Assembly (NCBI GenBank): GCA_963926105.1
Contig: CAWUVW010000008.1
Location: 867 to 64,866, forward strand
Source of the DNA: an uncultured Luminiphilus sp.
Lineage (GTDB): Bacteria > Pseudomonadota > Gammaproteobacteria > Pseudomonadales > Halieaceae
Length of the DNA stretch: 64,000 bases
Direction: 5' to 3'
Every line of letters starts with the position of its first letter. Position 1 is the first letter of the stretch. Below the pieces are notes generated by a model. The model had not been told where the DNA came from. It worked only from the letters and a program-made list of their open reading frames with translations, and did not search any database. The position numbers and the translations under genes are program-made. Of this stretch, positions 1-10,756 are shown one piece after another.

Positions 1-321
1 GTAGAATCATCATAACAAGTCTGCTATGAGTGTCTACTATGGTTAACCACTTGAGTGATCGAAAACAAAGGCATAAAGTGCCCAACGTCTACTGTCGGAA
101 GACTGAGAGCTACATGAACGTTTTCTCAGATCTATACGCTAAAATGTAGTTTTTGGGTGCCCGAACCAGCTTTGTGATAGCTACGGACTAGGCACAGCTA
201 AATTGTACTAAGCCTACTGGGCTGTGGTTGCTTAGCCAACGCTAAGAACCGACGCCCAGGATCGGATTAAAGTGCTCAAATATACGCTGAGAATACGTCA
301 CTTCTTTATAAAGGAATCATA

Positions 322-1494
322 ATGGAGTCAAGTCAGGAAGAGTCATTGTTTCGAGGTGGTATTGCCGCCCTGCAAGGGGGGAATGCTCACGAAGCTCGAG
401 CTAATTTTCAAACGGCTATTGACGCTAACATCGCAACAGCGCGCACTTGGCTAGGTATGGCGCTCGCGTGTTTATCGCAAAGCGATATCCCAAGAGCCGA
501 GGCCGCACTCGACCAAGTACTCAAGACTGAGCCTCACGATTTACGCGCGCTAATTATGAAGGGTGACATTCTTGTTGGGCGCAACGAAAATCAAGCGGCC
601 TCAGCCCACTATGCACTGGTCTTACGTTTATCGGCCTCCCTTACTGATATGCCTGCGCCGCTGCAAGCTGATATCAATCGTATTGCTGGGCAACAGCAGT
701 ACCTGATGACCTCATTCAAAGAGCATTTGTATGAACAGCTAGCGACGGTGGGCTACCGGCGGGCAGAGGCTAGCCAGCGTTTTACTCAGTCATTGGACAT
801 GCTCTTAGGGCGTCTGGATCGTACCGACCCCGGCCAGCAATTTCCTCAGGCGCCACACGTATACTTTTTACCCAATGTCGCTTATCACACTTTTTTTCCG
901 GAACAAGAACTTCCCTGGTTAAAAGAGCTAGAAGCGCACACAGACGTTATTGAATCGGAATTACAGACGCTGCTAAGTAATGAAAAAGACAAGTTCTCCC
1001 CGTATATTCACGGCGGAATCGACCGACCGCAGAATTCCGAGACTACTTTGCTCGACAGTCGGGATTGGACCTCCGCTTATCTCTGGGAAGATGGCAGTCC
1101 CAACCATGACAATATGGCGCTCTGTCCAAAAACTACAGAACTGCTCTCCGAACTACCGCTGACATTGATGGAGGGTTTTTCTCCCTCGGTGCTTTTTTCC
1201 AAGCTAGATGCTGGCGCAAGGATTGAACCTCATACGGGGATGCTCAATACCCGCTTAATTTGCCATCTACCCTTGGTGGTCCCCGATCACTGCGCACTGC
1301 GTGTGGGTGATCAAACGCGGTCGACCCAGCGTGGCGTTGCATGGGCCTTTGATGACAGTGTCAATCACGAGGCCTGGAACCTTAGTAACAGCGATCGCGT
1401 TATTTTATTGTTCGATGTCTGGCGACCAGATATCAATGCTGATGAGCAACATTTGATCAAAGCATTACTTGAAGGCGTCGCTGGATTTCGGTGA
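322..1494 (+). CDS. TPR-repeat / aspartyl-asparaginyl beta-hydroxylase family protein
   Basis: 390-aa ORF with N-terminal TPR-like helices. C-terminal motifs EPHTGMLNTRLICHLPL and AWAFDDSVNHEAWN...RVILLFDVW are typical of the Asp/Asn beta-hydroxylase (2OG-Fe(II), LpxO-like) fold. Confidence 0.8.
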   Translation: MESSQEESLFRGGIAALQGGNAHEARANFQTAIDANIATARTWLGMALACLSQSDIPRAEAALDQVLKTEPHDLRALIMKGDILVGRNENQAASAHYALVLRLSASLTDMPAPLQADINRIAGQQQYLMTSFKEHLYEQLATVGYRRAEASQRFTQSLDMLLGRLDRTDPGQQFPQAPHVYFLPNVAYHTFFPEQELPWLKELEAHTDVIESELQTLLSNEKDKFSPYIHGGIDRPQNSETTLLDSRDWTSAYLWEDGSPNHDNMALCPKTTELLSELPLTLMEGFSPSVLFSKLDAGARIEPHTGMLNTRLICHLPLVVPDHCALRVGDQTRSTQRGVAWAFDDSVNHEAWNLSNSDRVILLFDVWRPDINADEQHLIKALLEGVAGFR

Positions 1495-1561
1495 ATTCTG
1501 GCCGGTACAGTAAGGTGTAAAAGTGATGCACTCAACCATGAAGGCCCTGTGAGGATTAGGT

Positions 1562-2101
1562 ATGGCAATTTCAGTAACGCAGGCGGGTGTGGCAAAGGGT
1601 ATGGCTTTTGCTATGACGCTGTGTGTAGCGACCATTTTTTATGGTGTTTACCTAGATCCTTTTGGGTTGTCGGCTATTAATGACTTCCAAGGTAGAGCTC
1701 AAATATTTGGATTATCCATAATACTGCCGACCCTATTTATGTTTGTGTCTATTGGTCGAATGGCACGGTTTCGCTTTTTTAGTCCCGATGAGATAGACGG
1801 CAGCGGTTTAACGAAAGGCTCTGAAGATTCCTTAGTACTGCAAAGTCTTTTGCAAAATACGCTAGAGCAAGTTGTGCTCGCCATGGCGGTATATTTAGCC
1901 TGGTGTTTTTTAATGCCGGTTTCGATGCTATCGGCTGTGCCGCTGTGTGCGGTGATTTTCGCTTTGGGGCGTATTTTATTTTTTAGGGGTTACACCGGTG
2001 GGGCGGCATCTCGTGCTGTTGGATTCGCGCTAACTTTTTACTCTTCGGCGCTGCTGTTTTTGTGTTTAATTCTGCATGAGGCATGGCGGTTACTTGGGTG
2101 A
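1562..2101 (+). CDS. MAPEG-like integral membrane protein
   Basis: 179-aa ORF with 4-5 hydrophobic helices. The loop FFSPDEIDGSG...LQNTLEQ resembles the MAPEG signature region. Family call is by eye only. Confidence 0.5.
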   Translation: MAISVTQAGVAKGMAFAMTLCVATIFYGVYLDPFGLSAINDFQGRAQIFGLSIILPTLFMFVSIGRMARFRFFSPDEIDGSGLTKGSEDSLVLQSLLQNTLEQVVLAMAVYLAWCFLMPVSMLSAVPLCAVIFALGRILFFRGYTGGAASRAVGFALTFYSSALLFLCLILHEAWRLLG

Positions 2102-2450
2102 GCTGGGACCATTAGCCTGCCATTAGCCTGCCATTATTTGGCTATCGCTATATCTGGACTCGCACATAGAAAAATCCTTTGTTTAATTTTGAAAGCATTT
2201 TCTACAAATAACCGTCTCGGATTCCAAGGGGGATTACAACGCTAGTGACCCGGCCAAAAGTCTCCAAGATTCCTCTTTTAGACAGCCAATTCTCAACAAC
2301 AAGTTACGCCTGCGCCGTAATAAAAGACACCTTGCGAATCGATGCAAACAGAATCGCAATAGGGTAATGTCCTAAAACGCAGCGTTCCATCTACTATGGA
2401 TCCGCATTTTAACTCAACATAAAGTGAACCTAAGCTACCCGGGGTCTTTA

Positions 2451-3071
2451 ATGAACAAACTACATTTTGCATATACCGCTCTGATTCTATTCTCGCCAAG
2501 CGCTCTGGCTGACCACCATGAAGCTAATGAAGCTGCGAACCATGCCAGTGCGAAATGGCAGATAGAGGCTTATAGTTCCGCGGCACCTGACTTTATCGGT
2601 CATCAGGCCACCATCATTGGTACGGATGGCTCAATTCTGCGTGAAGGTACCAATGGCTGGTTTTGCCAGTCTGCCAACCCTCGTCTCGCGCCAAAGACAG
2701 GTTGGGGATCAGCTCATGAAGCGATGCCGGCCTGTCACGACGGAGAAGGTATGAAGTGGATGGCAGGGTATATGGCCGCCAAGAAACCCGACATGACCCG
2801 AGATTCTTATATGTGGATGCTGCACGGTGACATGGGCGAAGACAACACAAAAGCTGGCGTCCTAGATAAGCATGACGCTACCTCTGGACATTGGATAGAA
2901 TCCGGACCGCACTTGATGCTGATGCCAAAAGATCCTGCGACGTTGGCAAACTTTCCGACAGACTTCACGACAGGCGCACCTTACGTAATGTTTGCAAATA
3001 CCGACTACGCGCATCTGATGATACCCATGACTGGATACTATCAACATCAACCGGAATCAGCGCCGAAATAG
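2451..3071 (+). CDS. secreted hypothetical protein (His/Met/Trp-rich)
   Basis: The ORF track starts at GTG 2424. In-frame ATG 2451 gives the signal peptide MNKLHFAYTALILFSPSALA followed by a soluble domain. No family recognised. Confidence 0.55.
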   Translation: MNKLHFAYTALILFSPSALADHHEANEAANHASAKWQIEAYSSAAPDFIGHQATIIGTDGSILREGTNGWFCQSANPRLAPKTGWGSAHEAMPACHDGEGMKWMAGYMAAKKPDMTRDSYMWMLHGDMGEDNTKAGVLDKHDATSGHWIESGPHLMLMPKDPATLANFPTDFTTGAPYVMFANTDYAHLMIPMTGYYQHQPESAPK

Positions 3072-3173
3072 CAGTTCCTACTGAACGAAGCAGGCCGTTT
3101 ATATGCCCTATACTTCTGGCAATATGAAGAAAGTACTCTCTTGTTATAAGTTGCCCAGGAGGCGTTCACATAA

Positions 3174-4409
3174 ATGAATTATGTCGATAGTCTTATGAAT
3201 CCGGCCGTCCAGGCTTGTCCCTACGCACTGTACAACCGCCTGCGGGCAGAAGCGCCCGTCTACAGGATGCCAGAAACGGGGTTTTACCTGGTAACCACAT
3301 TCGATTTATGCCGGGAAATTATCAAGCAACCGGATGTTTTTATCAGCGGCGTTACGCCGCTGGCACTGAAGTCCGACGGCCTACCGGCAGAGATAATGTC
3401 TATCTATGAGAACGAGGGCTGGGTGCCGAAAGCGTCCTGCTCAACGTCTGATCCACCGCGCCATACCTGGGTTCGCGCTTTGTTGGCCGAGCTGTTCACC
3501 ACAGCCAAAGTTCGAGCCATGACACCCTATATTGAAGTCACCGCCAGCCAACTGATCGACGCTATAGCGTCCGGTGGTGAATGTGAATTCGTGCACGCCT
3601 TCGCACATCCTCTGCCGATGATTATAATCGCCAAACAGATAGGGGTCTCAGTAAGCGAGCTGGACATATTTAAAAGCTGGTCCGACGCGATTGTGGATTT
3701 ATTCAGCATGATGTCGAGCCGGGAGCGCGAAATAGAATGCGCTAGGCTCGTGGTAGATATGCAGCACTTTTTCAAAGCGCAAATAGACCAAAGACGTAAA
3801 AAGCCCCAAGACGACATCCTGACAATACTGGCCAACGGCAGGAATGAAGATGGCGACGAACTCCCTATGGATGAGCTGCTCTCAATAGTTACTATTGACT
3901 TGCTGGCATCTGGCAATGAGACGACAACGTCAGCAATCACCTCCGGCATGCTTAAGCTGATTGAATACCCTAGCGTATTGAGGGAGTTGCAGGATAACCC
4001 AGGACTGATACCGAACTTTGTGGAGGAGATCATTCGGCTCGAATCCCCTGCGCAGGGCATGTTCCGCCAGGTCACCCGAGACGTTACCCTAGGCGACTTC
4101 AGCTTCAAGCAGGGCGATGTCCTAAGCCTGCGGTTCGGCGCAGCCAACAGGGATGAATCCGCTTTCCAGGATGCCGACACATTGTCACTGCACAGGAAAA
4201 AGCCGGGTAATCACCTCGCCTTCGGTGTAGGCAGGCACCACTGCGTGGGCGCACCGCTTGCCCGGCAGGAGCTGATCACGAGTTTTCAAGTGCTGATCAG
4301 TCGGCTAGATGGCTTCACTTTGAAGAACCCGCAGCAGGTACATGAATACGTCCCCAGCTTTTTTGGTCGCAGCCTGAAGCGCCTGGATATTGTATTCGAT
4401 GTCATCTGA
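3174..4409 (+). CDS. cytochrome P450
   Basis: 411 aa. Heme-thiolate loop FGVGRHHCVGAPLA, I-helix LLASGNETTTSA, EXXR (EEIIRLES). AGGAGG lies about 13 nt upstream of the ATG. Confidence 0.9.
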   Translation: MNYVDSLMNPAVQACPYALYNRLRAEAPVYRMPETGFYLVTTFDLCREIIKQPDVFISGVTPLALKSDGLPAEIMSIYENEGWVPKASCSTSDPPRHTWVRALLAELFTTAKVRAMTPYIEVTASQLIDAIASGGECEFVHAFAHPLPMIIIAKQIGVSVSELDIFKSWSDAIVDLFSMMSSREREIECARLVVDMQHFFKAQIDQRRKKPQDDILTILANGRNEDGDELPMDELLSIVTIDLLASGNETTTSAITSGMLKLIEYPSVLRELQDNPGLIPNFVEEIIRLESPAQGMFRQVTRDVTLGDFSFKQGDVLSLRFGAANRDESAFQDADTLSLHRKKPGNHLAFGVGRHHCVGAPLARQELITSFQVLISRLDGFTLKNPQQVHEYVPSFFGRSLKRLDIVFDVI

Positions 4410-4416
4410 TCACAAC

Positions 4417-4890
4417 TTAAATATAGGGTGAGCTGGCGTGCCGCTCCGGCCAGAAGAACTGTAAGCTGGAACGTGCAAATTTCCATTCGCCTTCCACCTT
4501 TCGGTATTCCTCGTCATACAGCGCATACCAGACCAATGGGTTCTCGGTGGGCGCAACGTGGGTAGCCACGTCGGTGAGATAACATTGCCCAACGGCAAGC
4601 GTGTCGGACACTAGATCAACGCGATGATTGGTGTCCACGTGGAGCGAGGTAAAAGGTGCAGCCCGTTCCCCGGTAAATGTCGCTTTATAATTTTCTAGTA
4701 TCGTGGTCTTGCCGTGCCAGGAACCGTAGGGCCCGTACTCGCACACCGCATCTTCGGTAAAAAGCTCTATCATGCGATCAAAGTCACGCAAATCCATAAA
4801 GAAGGCATAATCGAGGCGCAACCGACGTATTGCATCAACCTCCAGTAAACGGCGCAGGCGACTCATCTCCTCCGGGCTGAATGTATCCAT
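4417..4890 (-). CDS. SnoaL-like / NTF2-fold protein
   Basis: 157 aa. EVDAIRRLRLDYAFFMDLRDFDRMIELFTEDAVCEYG...WHGKTTILENY matches the SnoaL_4-type N-terminal pattern. Convergent with the P450 across an 8-nt gap. Confidence 0.75.
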   Translation of the reverse strand: MDTFSPEEMSRLRRLLEVDAIRRLRLDYAFFMDLRDFDRMIELFTEDAVCEYGPYGSWHGKTTILENYKATFTGERAAPFTSLHVDTNHRVDLVSDTLAVGQCYLTDVATHVAPTENPLVWYALYDEEYRKVEGEWKFARSSLQFFWPERHASSPYI

Positions 4891-5123
4891 AATACTAGCT
4901 CCTGTGGTCGTGATCGTTTAGGGATTTAGTCAGGCGAATTCAGCCTCTATACCTCAGAGTGCAACAGGCGCATCACTCATCATCCTCCCGCGCGAACACT
5001 ATGCTCTAATCCGCGGGCGACGATGACAACATACTATGTGCCACCATGCATTTTGTCGGCTCGCATTAAGTATGACATTAACCGTTGCCGCGCTTGCTTT
5101 TGCCGAAAATAACCTCGACCGAA

Positions 5124-6485
5124 TTAAAGCAAAACCAAGCTCAGCAAATACACGACAAACATTGCGGTGACACCTTGAATCAAGGTGGCAACCGTGTGGG
5201 CTTTATACGCTTGTTGTACGCTCATATGACTAAACTGGCTAACGATCCAGAAGAAGCTGTCATTTGCATGTGAAACGGTCATAGCGCCAGCGCCAATAGC
5301 CATGACAGTCAATACACGACCCATTTCAGTGTTTAACCCAATATCTGCAAGTAAAGGCGCCACTAAAGCTGAGGTCGCAACCAATGCGACCGTCGAGGAA
5401 CCCTGTGCGGATTTAAGTGCGGCTGCCACTAAGAACGGCATCAAAATACCGACCCCCAATGCCGATAAGTTTGTACCCAAAAAGGCGCCCAAGTCTGTCG
5501 CCTTTAATACGGCACCGAAGGCACCTCCTGCGCCAGTAATCAGTAAAATAGGTGCCGCCACCACAAGGCCTTGGCTGATATAACCACTGAATGCAGCTAT
5601 CTTGGCGCCGCGTTTAAGCAGCAATGTTGACAGCATCAGCCCGATTAATAATGCATTTATAGGTTGTCCCAAGAATGTTAGCGCAGCGAATATAAAATTT
5701 TGTTGTCCTAGGGTCACCGATGGTAAGTTGACCATCGATCCGAGGCAGATCAGTAAGATGGGTACAAAAATTGGCGCGAATGCATAGATCGGCCGTGGCG
5801 CTTGGAAGTTATCGTCAAGTAACTTTTCAGAACTGCTTGCCTGGTTTAGTAATGCCTCTATATTAGGTCCATCGGGCTGGACATCAGCGAACCGGTTGGC
5901 CCATAACAAACCGCTGAGCGCAGCAAATGCTGCGACAAATAAACCGACAACAATAACCAAACCCAGATTGGACTCTAGCCCTAGATTACCCGCTGCGGCA
6001 ATCGGACCAGGTGTAGGCGGCACAAAGGTATGCGATGCATACAAGCCTGTGGCCAAAGCAATACTCATCGATACACTCGAGATTTTCGCTCGGTTCGCCA
6101 TCGACTGTTTGAGCGAATTCAGAATTACAAACCCAGAGTCACAAAACACGGGAATTGATACAAGGTAGCCAATAATTGACATGGTTAAGGTAGGAAATCG
6201 ATTGCCCAACTTTTTGATAATGACATCAGCCATCGTTATAGCGGCACCCGTTTTCTCGAGAATAGTTCCAATAATGGTGCCCAGGGCAATGACCAAGCCT
6301 ATGTAACCTAGAATTGAACCAAAACCTGAGGTGATAATTTTCGCTATATCTGCGCTAGGAATACCATAGGCAAAAGCCGTTATGAAGGACGCGAGAAGAA
6401 GCGTCAAAAACGGATGAATCTTCAATTTGGCGGTCGAGAAAACAATAAATACAATAACGAGAACCAAAATCAGAAGTGTGCTCAT
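5124..6485 (-). CDS. GntP-family (gluconate:H+ symporter type) permease
   Basis: 453 aa, about 12 TM segments. The N-terminus MSTLLILVLVIVFIVFSTAKLKIHPFLTLLLASF and Gly-rich hairpins are typical of the GntP/DsdX family. Confidence 0.8.
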   Translation of the reverse strand: MSTLLILVLVIVFIVFSTAKLKIHPFLTLLLASFITAFAYGIPSADIAKIITSGFGSILGYIGLVIALGTIIGTILEKTGAAITMADVIIKKLGNRFPTLTMSIIGYLVSIPVFCDSGFVILNSLKQSMANRAKISSVSMSIALATGLYASHTFVPPTPGPIAAAGNLGLESNLGLVIVVGLFVAAFAALSGLLWANRFADVQPDGPNIEALLNQASSSEKLLDDNFQAPRPIYAFAPIFVPILLICLGSMVNLPSVTLGQQNFIFAALTFLGQPINALLIGLMLSTLLLKRGAKIAAFSGYISQGLVVAAPILLITGAGGAFGAVLKATDLGAFLGTNLSALGVGILMPFLVAAALKSAQGSSTVALVATSALVAPLLADIGLNTEMGRVLTVMAIGAGAMTVSHANDSFFWIVSQFSHMSVQQAYKAHTVATLIQGVTAMFVVYLLSLVLL

Positions 6486-6797
6486 AAATCAGCCTGCATT
6501 GATTTTCTAATGACCAATAACCACACTCTACGCCATAAGCACGATCTATCGTTATAGGGGCAGAAAAATAAACTGCGGTCTTAGGGGACTTCTTTGACAT
6601 CGAGGCTTACGCCAGTCGTCTCCGGTAAGGATTGGATGGGGTCTTTTCTGAAGGCTCAAACCAAATTGAATTTTAGCGACTGCGCGTTACACGCATCAAC
6701 CATAAAGCAAACGCTAACGCCCAATCTTCGCACTAGATATTCTGCACAAATTAGGCATAAAATCTTTAATCTGTACTGACTTAAACAAAGGTGCCTT

Positions 6798-7214
6798 ATG
6801 AGATCAATCATTAGCCTCACACTTGGCCTCGGTATGAGCGTCCTGGTAAATGCCCAAACCATTCCTACCTTGGCAAAGGTGTATGAGGGACACACAAACG
6901 AAACCTCTATCAATGCTTCTGAAGAGAATCCAAAGACGCAAACGCAACAGGTACGGGCAACTGTAACTATCCTAAAACAGGATGGCCCACACGTTGAGTT
7001 CACTTACGAGAACCCCACATACAAAGCCTTTGAAATCGGCACCATCTCTCCCGATGGTAAGCAGCTACAAATTGCCTACAAAGGCGGTTCAGGCGTGTAT
7101 AACATTAGCGAAAACAAATTAGTTGGCTGCGGTTCGGGTCGCGTTAATGAAGGACCATTGGGAGAGTGGATTAACACCTATTATGCTTGGTGTGATGATT
7201 TAACTGCGAAGTGA
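6798..7214 (+). CDS. small secreted hypothetical protein
   Basis: 138 aa with signal peptide MRSIISLTLGLGMSVLVNAQ. A weak hairpin (aaggcgc-catta-gcgcctt) lies about 35 nt downstream. No family recognised. Confidence 0.5.
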   Translation: MRSIISLTLGLGMSVLVNAQTIPTLAKVYEGHTNETSINASEENPKTQTQQVRATVTILKQDGPHVEFTYENPTYKAFEIGTISPDGKQLQIAYKGGSGVYNISENKLVGCGSGRVNEGPLGEWINTYYAWCDDLTAK

Positions 7215-7802
7215 AAACATCGCGTGATGGATGGCAGTAGAAAAATAAGGCGCCATTAGCGCCTTATTAACGATACGAACGTGCAGCCGGCTGACCCATA
7301 GTCTAGATAGATAATCTCTGGCGCTACAGGATCAATAGCTTGCACTCAGACCCTATCCAATACAGGAAGAAAGTGAGGGATGAGTCGCCACCTGTCGTCA
7401 CACCCGAGCGCTTTGAGAGCAGAATCAGGTAGTTTAAGCCTTGATACAGCGCGCCGCCATATTCCAGCACCCTTTCCAGTCCTTCCATTTGGCTGTCCTG
7501 CCGAATGACTTACGACCCAATGACAACCCCTTATCATCTGTCCTTTTTACTGTGCTATCGCAAGAAAACTAATCACATATTCTATGTGAGATATTCCAAA
7601 CGCCGACCGTCCGTCTGTTCGCAACGACTCAATCTTGTACCCAGTTGAACCCACTAATGCCCGCAGGATATCGAAAGTCTCGCTATTTCCTGAACAACTA
7701 ATCGACGGTGCAAGATATGGCCTATAATAGTCAACTGCGCTAATGTCCTTACAAATTACGTTCGCAAAGGCTTGCTTACGCCATCAATAATGGAGACATA
7801 CC

Positions 7803-9341
7803 ATGCAAGTGAAACCCTGGTTGCTGATCACTCTTTTTGCCGCCGTCCCCTGCTCAGGCATAGCGATCAGCCACGCCGCTGAAAGAGAAGTCAACGTGGA
7901 AGTAGAATCAGCGAAAGCAGCTGACCCCATACCGGAAGCCATCCGCGTTGAGACAACTGGCACTGTTAAAGTCGATGGCAAGCGCATCGACTACACCGCG
8001 GTCGCCGGTCAACTACTGATGAAGGATGACGAAGACAATCCGATCGCGCTATTTGGTTTTACGAGCTATACCAAGAAAGACAGTGATCCACGCACGCGGC
8101 CCGTACTTTTCGCTTATAACGGCGGTCCAGGCTCAGCCTCCATGTGGTTGCACATGGGTATTTTGGGCCCACAGCGGACGCAGGTGAACGATGTTGAGTT
8201 CAACACTACCGGACCATTTACCCGAGTAAACAACGATTTCTCCATCCTGGACCAAGCCGACTTAGTGATGATCGACCCAGTAGGCACCGGTTTTTCACGG
8301 CCTGTTGGCAAAGGCAAAGGAGAAGATTTTTGGGGCGTCGATGACGATATTAAATCAGTGTCTAACTTTATCGCCCGCTGGGTGACTGAAAATGGACGCT
8401 GGCAGGCGCCTAAATATATCTTAGGAGAAAGCTACGGCGGTATTCGTAGCGGTGGTGTCTCGATGCATCTTTTGTCCAGTCATAGCATTGCGCTTAACGG
8501 TGTGATCCTTGTCTCCCCTTACATGGACTACGTCGCCGGTAACGCGGGCTCGCGTATGGATCAGCCGTACATCAACTACTTTAGCACCTACGCCGCCGTC
8601 GCTTGGTACCACAAGGTCAGCGAATATCGGCCCGATGACCTGGCGACATTCCTCGCGGCGGCAGAAGCATTTGCCGAAAATGAATACGCTCCATTGCTGC
8701 TCAAGGGCAACCGCGCAAGCGTGGAAGAGCGCGCGGCTGTGCTCGCTGGCATGCAACGGTTTACCGGTATCAGCGCTGACTTCTGGGACCGCGCTAATTT
8801 GCGTATTGCTGAAGACATATTTGCTAAAGAGTTGTTACGTTCGCAGCGCAAGACAGTAGGCCGTATCGATGGTCGCTTTATCGGTGAAGGTATTAACCAC
8901 GTCAAAGACAGCTTCAGCTATGACCCCTTCTTTCCTGCAGTAGGACCCGCCTTTGTCGCGACTTTTAACGACTACTACCGCGAATCGCTCAAGGTAGACA
9001 CCGACATGCGCTACGTGACTTCAGCGAGCCTTTGGCAGAGCTGGGAGCAGACTCACAATGAACCGGGTAGTGGCTGGAAGCTCCCGATACCGAATACCGC
9101 AGTAGACCTGAACTATGCCATGATCCAAAACCCTAAGATGCGGGTTCTTGTGCAGCAGGGTTGGTTCGATTTAGCCACCCCTTATGGGGCCACTGATTAT
9201 TTCATCGACCATATGGAACTGCCTGAATCCTTGCGCGGCAACTTGACTGCCAAGTACTACCCTGCGGGCCATATGATGTACCTGCATCCTGAGTCATTGC
9301 GACAGTTTAGTGATGACTTGCGCGGTTTCATTGTTGAGTAG
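7803..9341 (+). CDS. S10-family serine carboxypeptidase (secreted)
   Basis: 512 aa with a signal peptide. Catalytic-serine motif GESYGG (YILGESYGGIRSGG) and NGGPGSAS upstream. GGAGA lies about 7 nt before the ATG. Confidence 0.8.
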   Translation: MQVKPWLLITLFAAVPCSGIAISHAAEREVNVEVESAKAADPIPEAIRVETTGTVKVDGKRIDYTAVAGQLLMKDDEDNPIALFGFTSYTKKDSDPRTRPVLFAYNGGPGSASMWLHMGILGPQRTQVNDVEFNTTGPFTRVNNDFSILDQADLVMIDPVGTGFSRPVGKGKGEDFWGVDDDIKSVSNFIARWVTENGRWQAPKYILGESYGGIRSGGVSMHLLSSHSIALNGVILVSPYMDYVAGNAGSRMDQPYINYFSTYAAVAWYHKVSEYRPDDLATFLAAAEAFAENEYAPLLLKGNRASVEERAAVLAGMQRFTGISADFWDRANLRIAEDIFAKELLRSQRKTVGRIDGRFIGEGINHVKDSFSYDPFFPAVGPAFVATFNDYYRESLKVDTDMRYVTSASLWQSWEQTHNEPGSGWKLPIPNTAVDLNYAMIQNPKMRVLVQQGWFDLATPYGATDYFIDHMELPESLRGNLTAKYYPAGHMMYLHPESLRQFSDDLRGFIVE

Positions 9342-9407
9342 ACAGCTAGCGTCATACACCATGTTGAAGGTCGCCAGTTAAGTCCTTCCCTTGGCATTAC
9401 CTAAGAC

Positions 9408-9438
9408 ATAAAAAACCGAGGATTTCCCTCGGTTTTTT
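9408..9438. terminator. bidirectional rho-independent terminator between convergent genes
   Basis: aaaaaaaa-CCGAGG-atttc-CCTCGG-tttttt. The A-run and T-run flank a 6-bp GC stem, placed between the S10 peptidase stop (9341) and the P450 stop (9456). Confidence 0.75.
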
Positions 9439-9455
9439 ATGTGATTCAAAGCCAC

Positions 9456-10709
9456 TCAGTGACGGAACACCTGTACTGGCAAGGCGTTGTATCCACGCAC
9501 AAAGTTATTGCGTGTACGTATGGGGTCTCCCACAACACGAATCTCTTTGAAGCGCGACATGGCCTCTTCCCATAATACGCGCAGCTGCATCTCAGCTAAA
9601 CGATTGCCCATGCATCGATGGATACCGCAGCCAAAAGACAAATGGTTACGCACATGATCTCGATCGATAATATATTCGTCGGCCCTGTCAATCACTTCGT
9701 CATCACGATTAGCAGATGCATACCACATGACGATACGATCACCCTTTTTAATCTGCTGTCCTCGAAACTCAACATCTCTAGTGGCCGTACGCCGCATATG
9801 TGGCAACGGCGTCTGATAGCGAATAGTTTCCGATATCATCGAGGGTATCAGACTCAAATCATTGCGTAGTTTGTCGTATTCGGCAGGATTTTCGTTGAGG
9901 AATAACACCCCGCCCGTCATCGAATTACGCGTGGTGTCATTGCCGCCAACGATGAGCAGCATGATGTTGCCCATGTAAGTTAATGGGTCGTCAACCATAT
10001 TCGCGGTATTGGGATCCCGTTGCAGCATACGGATCAGATCGAAAGATTCTTTATTGTCAGCTTTGTGGTTATGCCACAGCTCGGTAAACCAAGTCAGACA
10101 GTCCACTACAGCAATACGGCGCTCTTCAAGTGTCAGACCCACGCCTGCTGTAATACGCACATCTGAGGTGAACATATCCGACCAATCACTCAGTCTGTGG
10201 CGTTCATCAAAAGGAAAATCAAATAGTGTCGCCAACATTTGCGTCGTTAGATTACGCGATACCGTAGATACCCAATCAAAAGTTTCGCCTTCAGGCAAAG
10301 CGTCGAGCGCCTCCTGCGTGCGAACACGAATAAGTTTCTCAAACTCCTGCAAATTTTTGGGCGCCACAGCACCCTGCACTGCCCTTCTTTGGTCATCGTG
10401 TTCGGGGCGATCCATCGCAATAAACATCCGCAAGATCATATCCGGCTCTGGATCTAAAATTGCGATCGATGGTTCCGACGAAAAAATTTCTGTCTCGCGC
10501 TCGACTTCAACAATGTCATTGAATTTAGTGATTGACCAAAAATCACCTGCGGGGCTGTCGGCCTGATAGTGTACAGGCGACTCTTTTCGCAACCGTGCAA
10601 ACAAGGGCTGCCAGTTATCCTGCTCGAACCGACGTGGATCCGATACGTCGATCTGATCGAGCGGCGTCGTTAAGGGGTCGGGCAGTATTTCTGTAACACT
10701 CTGATTCAC
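9456..10709 (-). CDS. class-I cytochrome P450, CYP153-like
   Basis: 417 aa. FGCGIHRCMGNRLAEMQL heme loop, LLIVGGNDTTRNSMTGG I-helix and N-terminal DVSDPRRFEQDNWQPLFARLRKESPVHY...FWSITKFNDI resemble CYP153 hydroxylases. GTG start preceded by AAGGAGGTG. Confidence 0.8.
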   Translation of the reverse strand: MNQSVTEILPDPLTTPLDQIDVSDPRRFEQDNWQPLFARLRKESPVHYQADSPAGDFWSITKFNDIVEVERETEIFSSEPSIAILDPEPDMILRMFIAMDRPEHDDQRRAVQGAVAPKNLQEFEKLIRVRTQEALDALPEGETFDWVSTVSRNLTTQMLATLFDFPFDERHRLSDWSDMFTSDVRITAGVGLTLEERRIAVVDCLTWFTELWHNHKADNKESFDLIRMLQRDPNTANMVDDPLTYMGNIMLLIVGGNDTTRNSMTGGVLFLNENPAEYDKLRNDLSLIPSMISETIRYQTPLPHMRRTATRDVEFRGQQIKKGDRIVMWYASANRDDEVIDRADEYIIDRDHVRNHLSFGCGIHRCMGNRLAEMQLRVLWEEAMSRFKEIRVVGDPIRTRNNFVRGYNALPVQVFRH

Positions 10710-10756
10710 GGGTACACCTCCTTATAATTATGGTTTGATGTAATATAAAATCTGGT

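Noticed and set aside
2109-2140. Short tandem repeat cattagcctgc x2.5 downstream of the MAPEG-like gene
   Set aside because: It is too short and isolated to interpret, and is probably a slippage duplication in an intergenic region.
3527-4180. 217-aa ORF antisense to the P450 gene
   Set aside because: It is Ser/Leu-rich and low-complexity, lies entirely inside a well-supported CDS on the other strand, and has no RBS or recognisable motifs. This is a typical shadow ORF.
7215-7802. 590-nt gap with only a 63-aa ORF (7346-7537) and possible pseudogene traces on the minus strand
   Set aside because: I could not match any translated frame to a known family with confidence, so I left it unannotated.
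10009-10566. 185-aa ORF antisense to the CYP153-like gene
   Set aside because: Shadow ORF inside a motif-supported gene, with Ser/Arg-rich composition.
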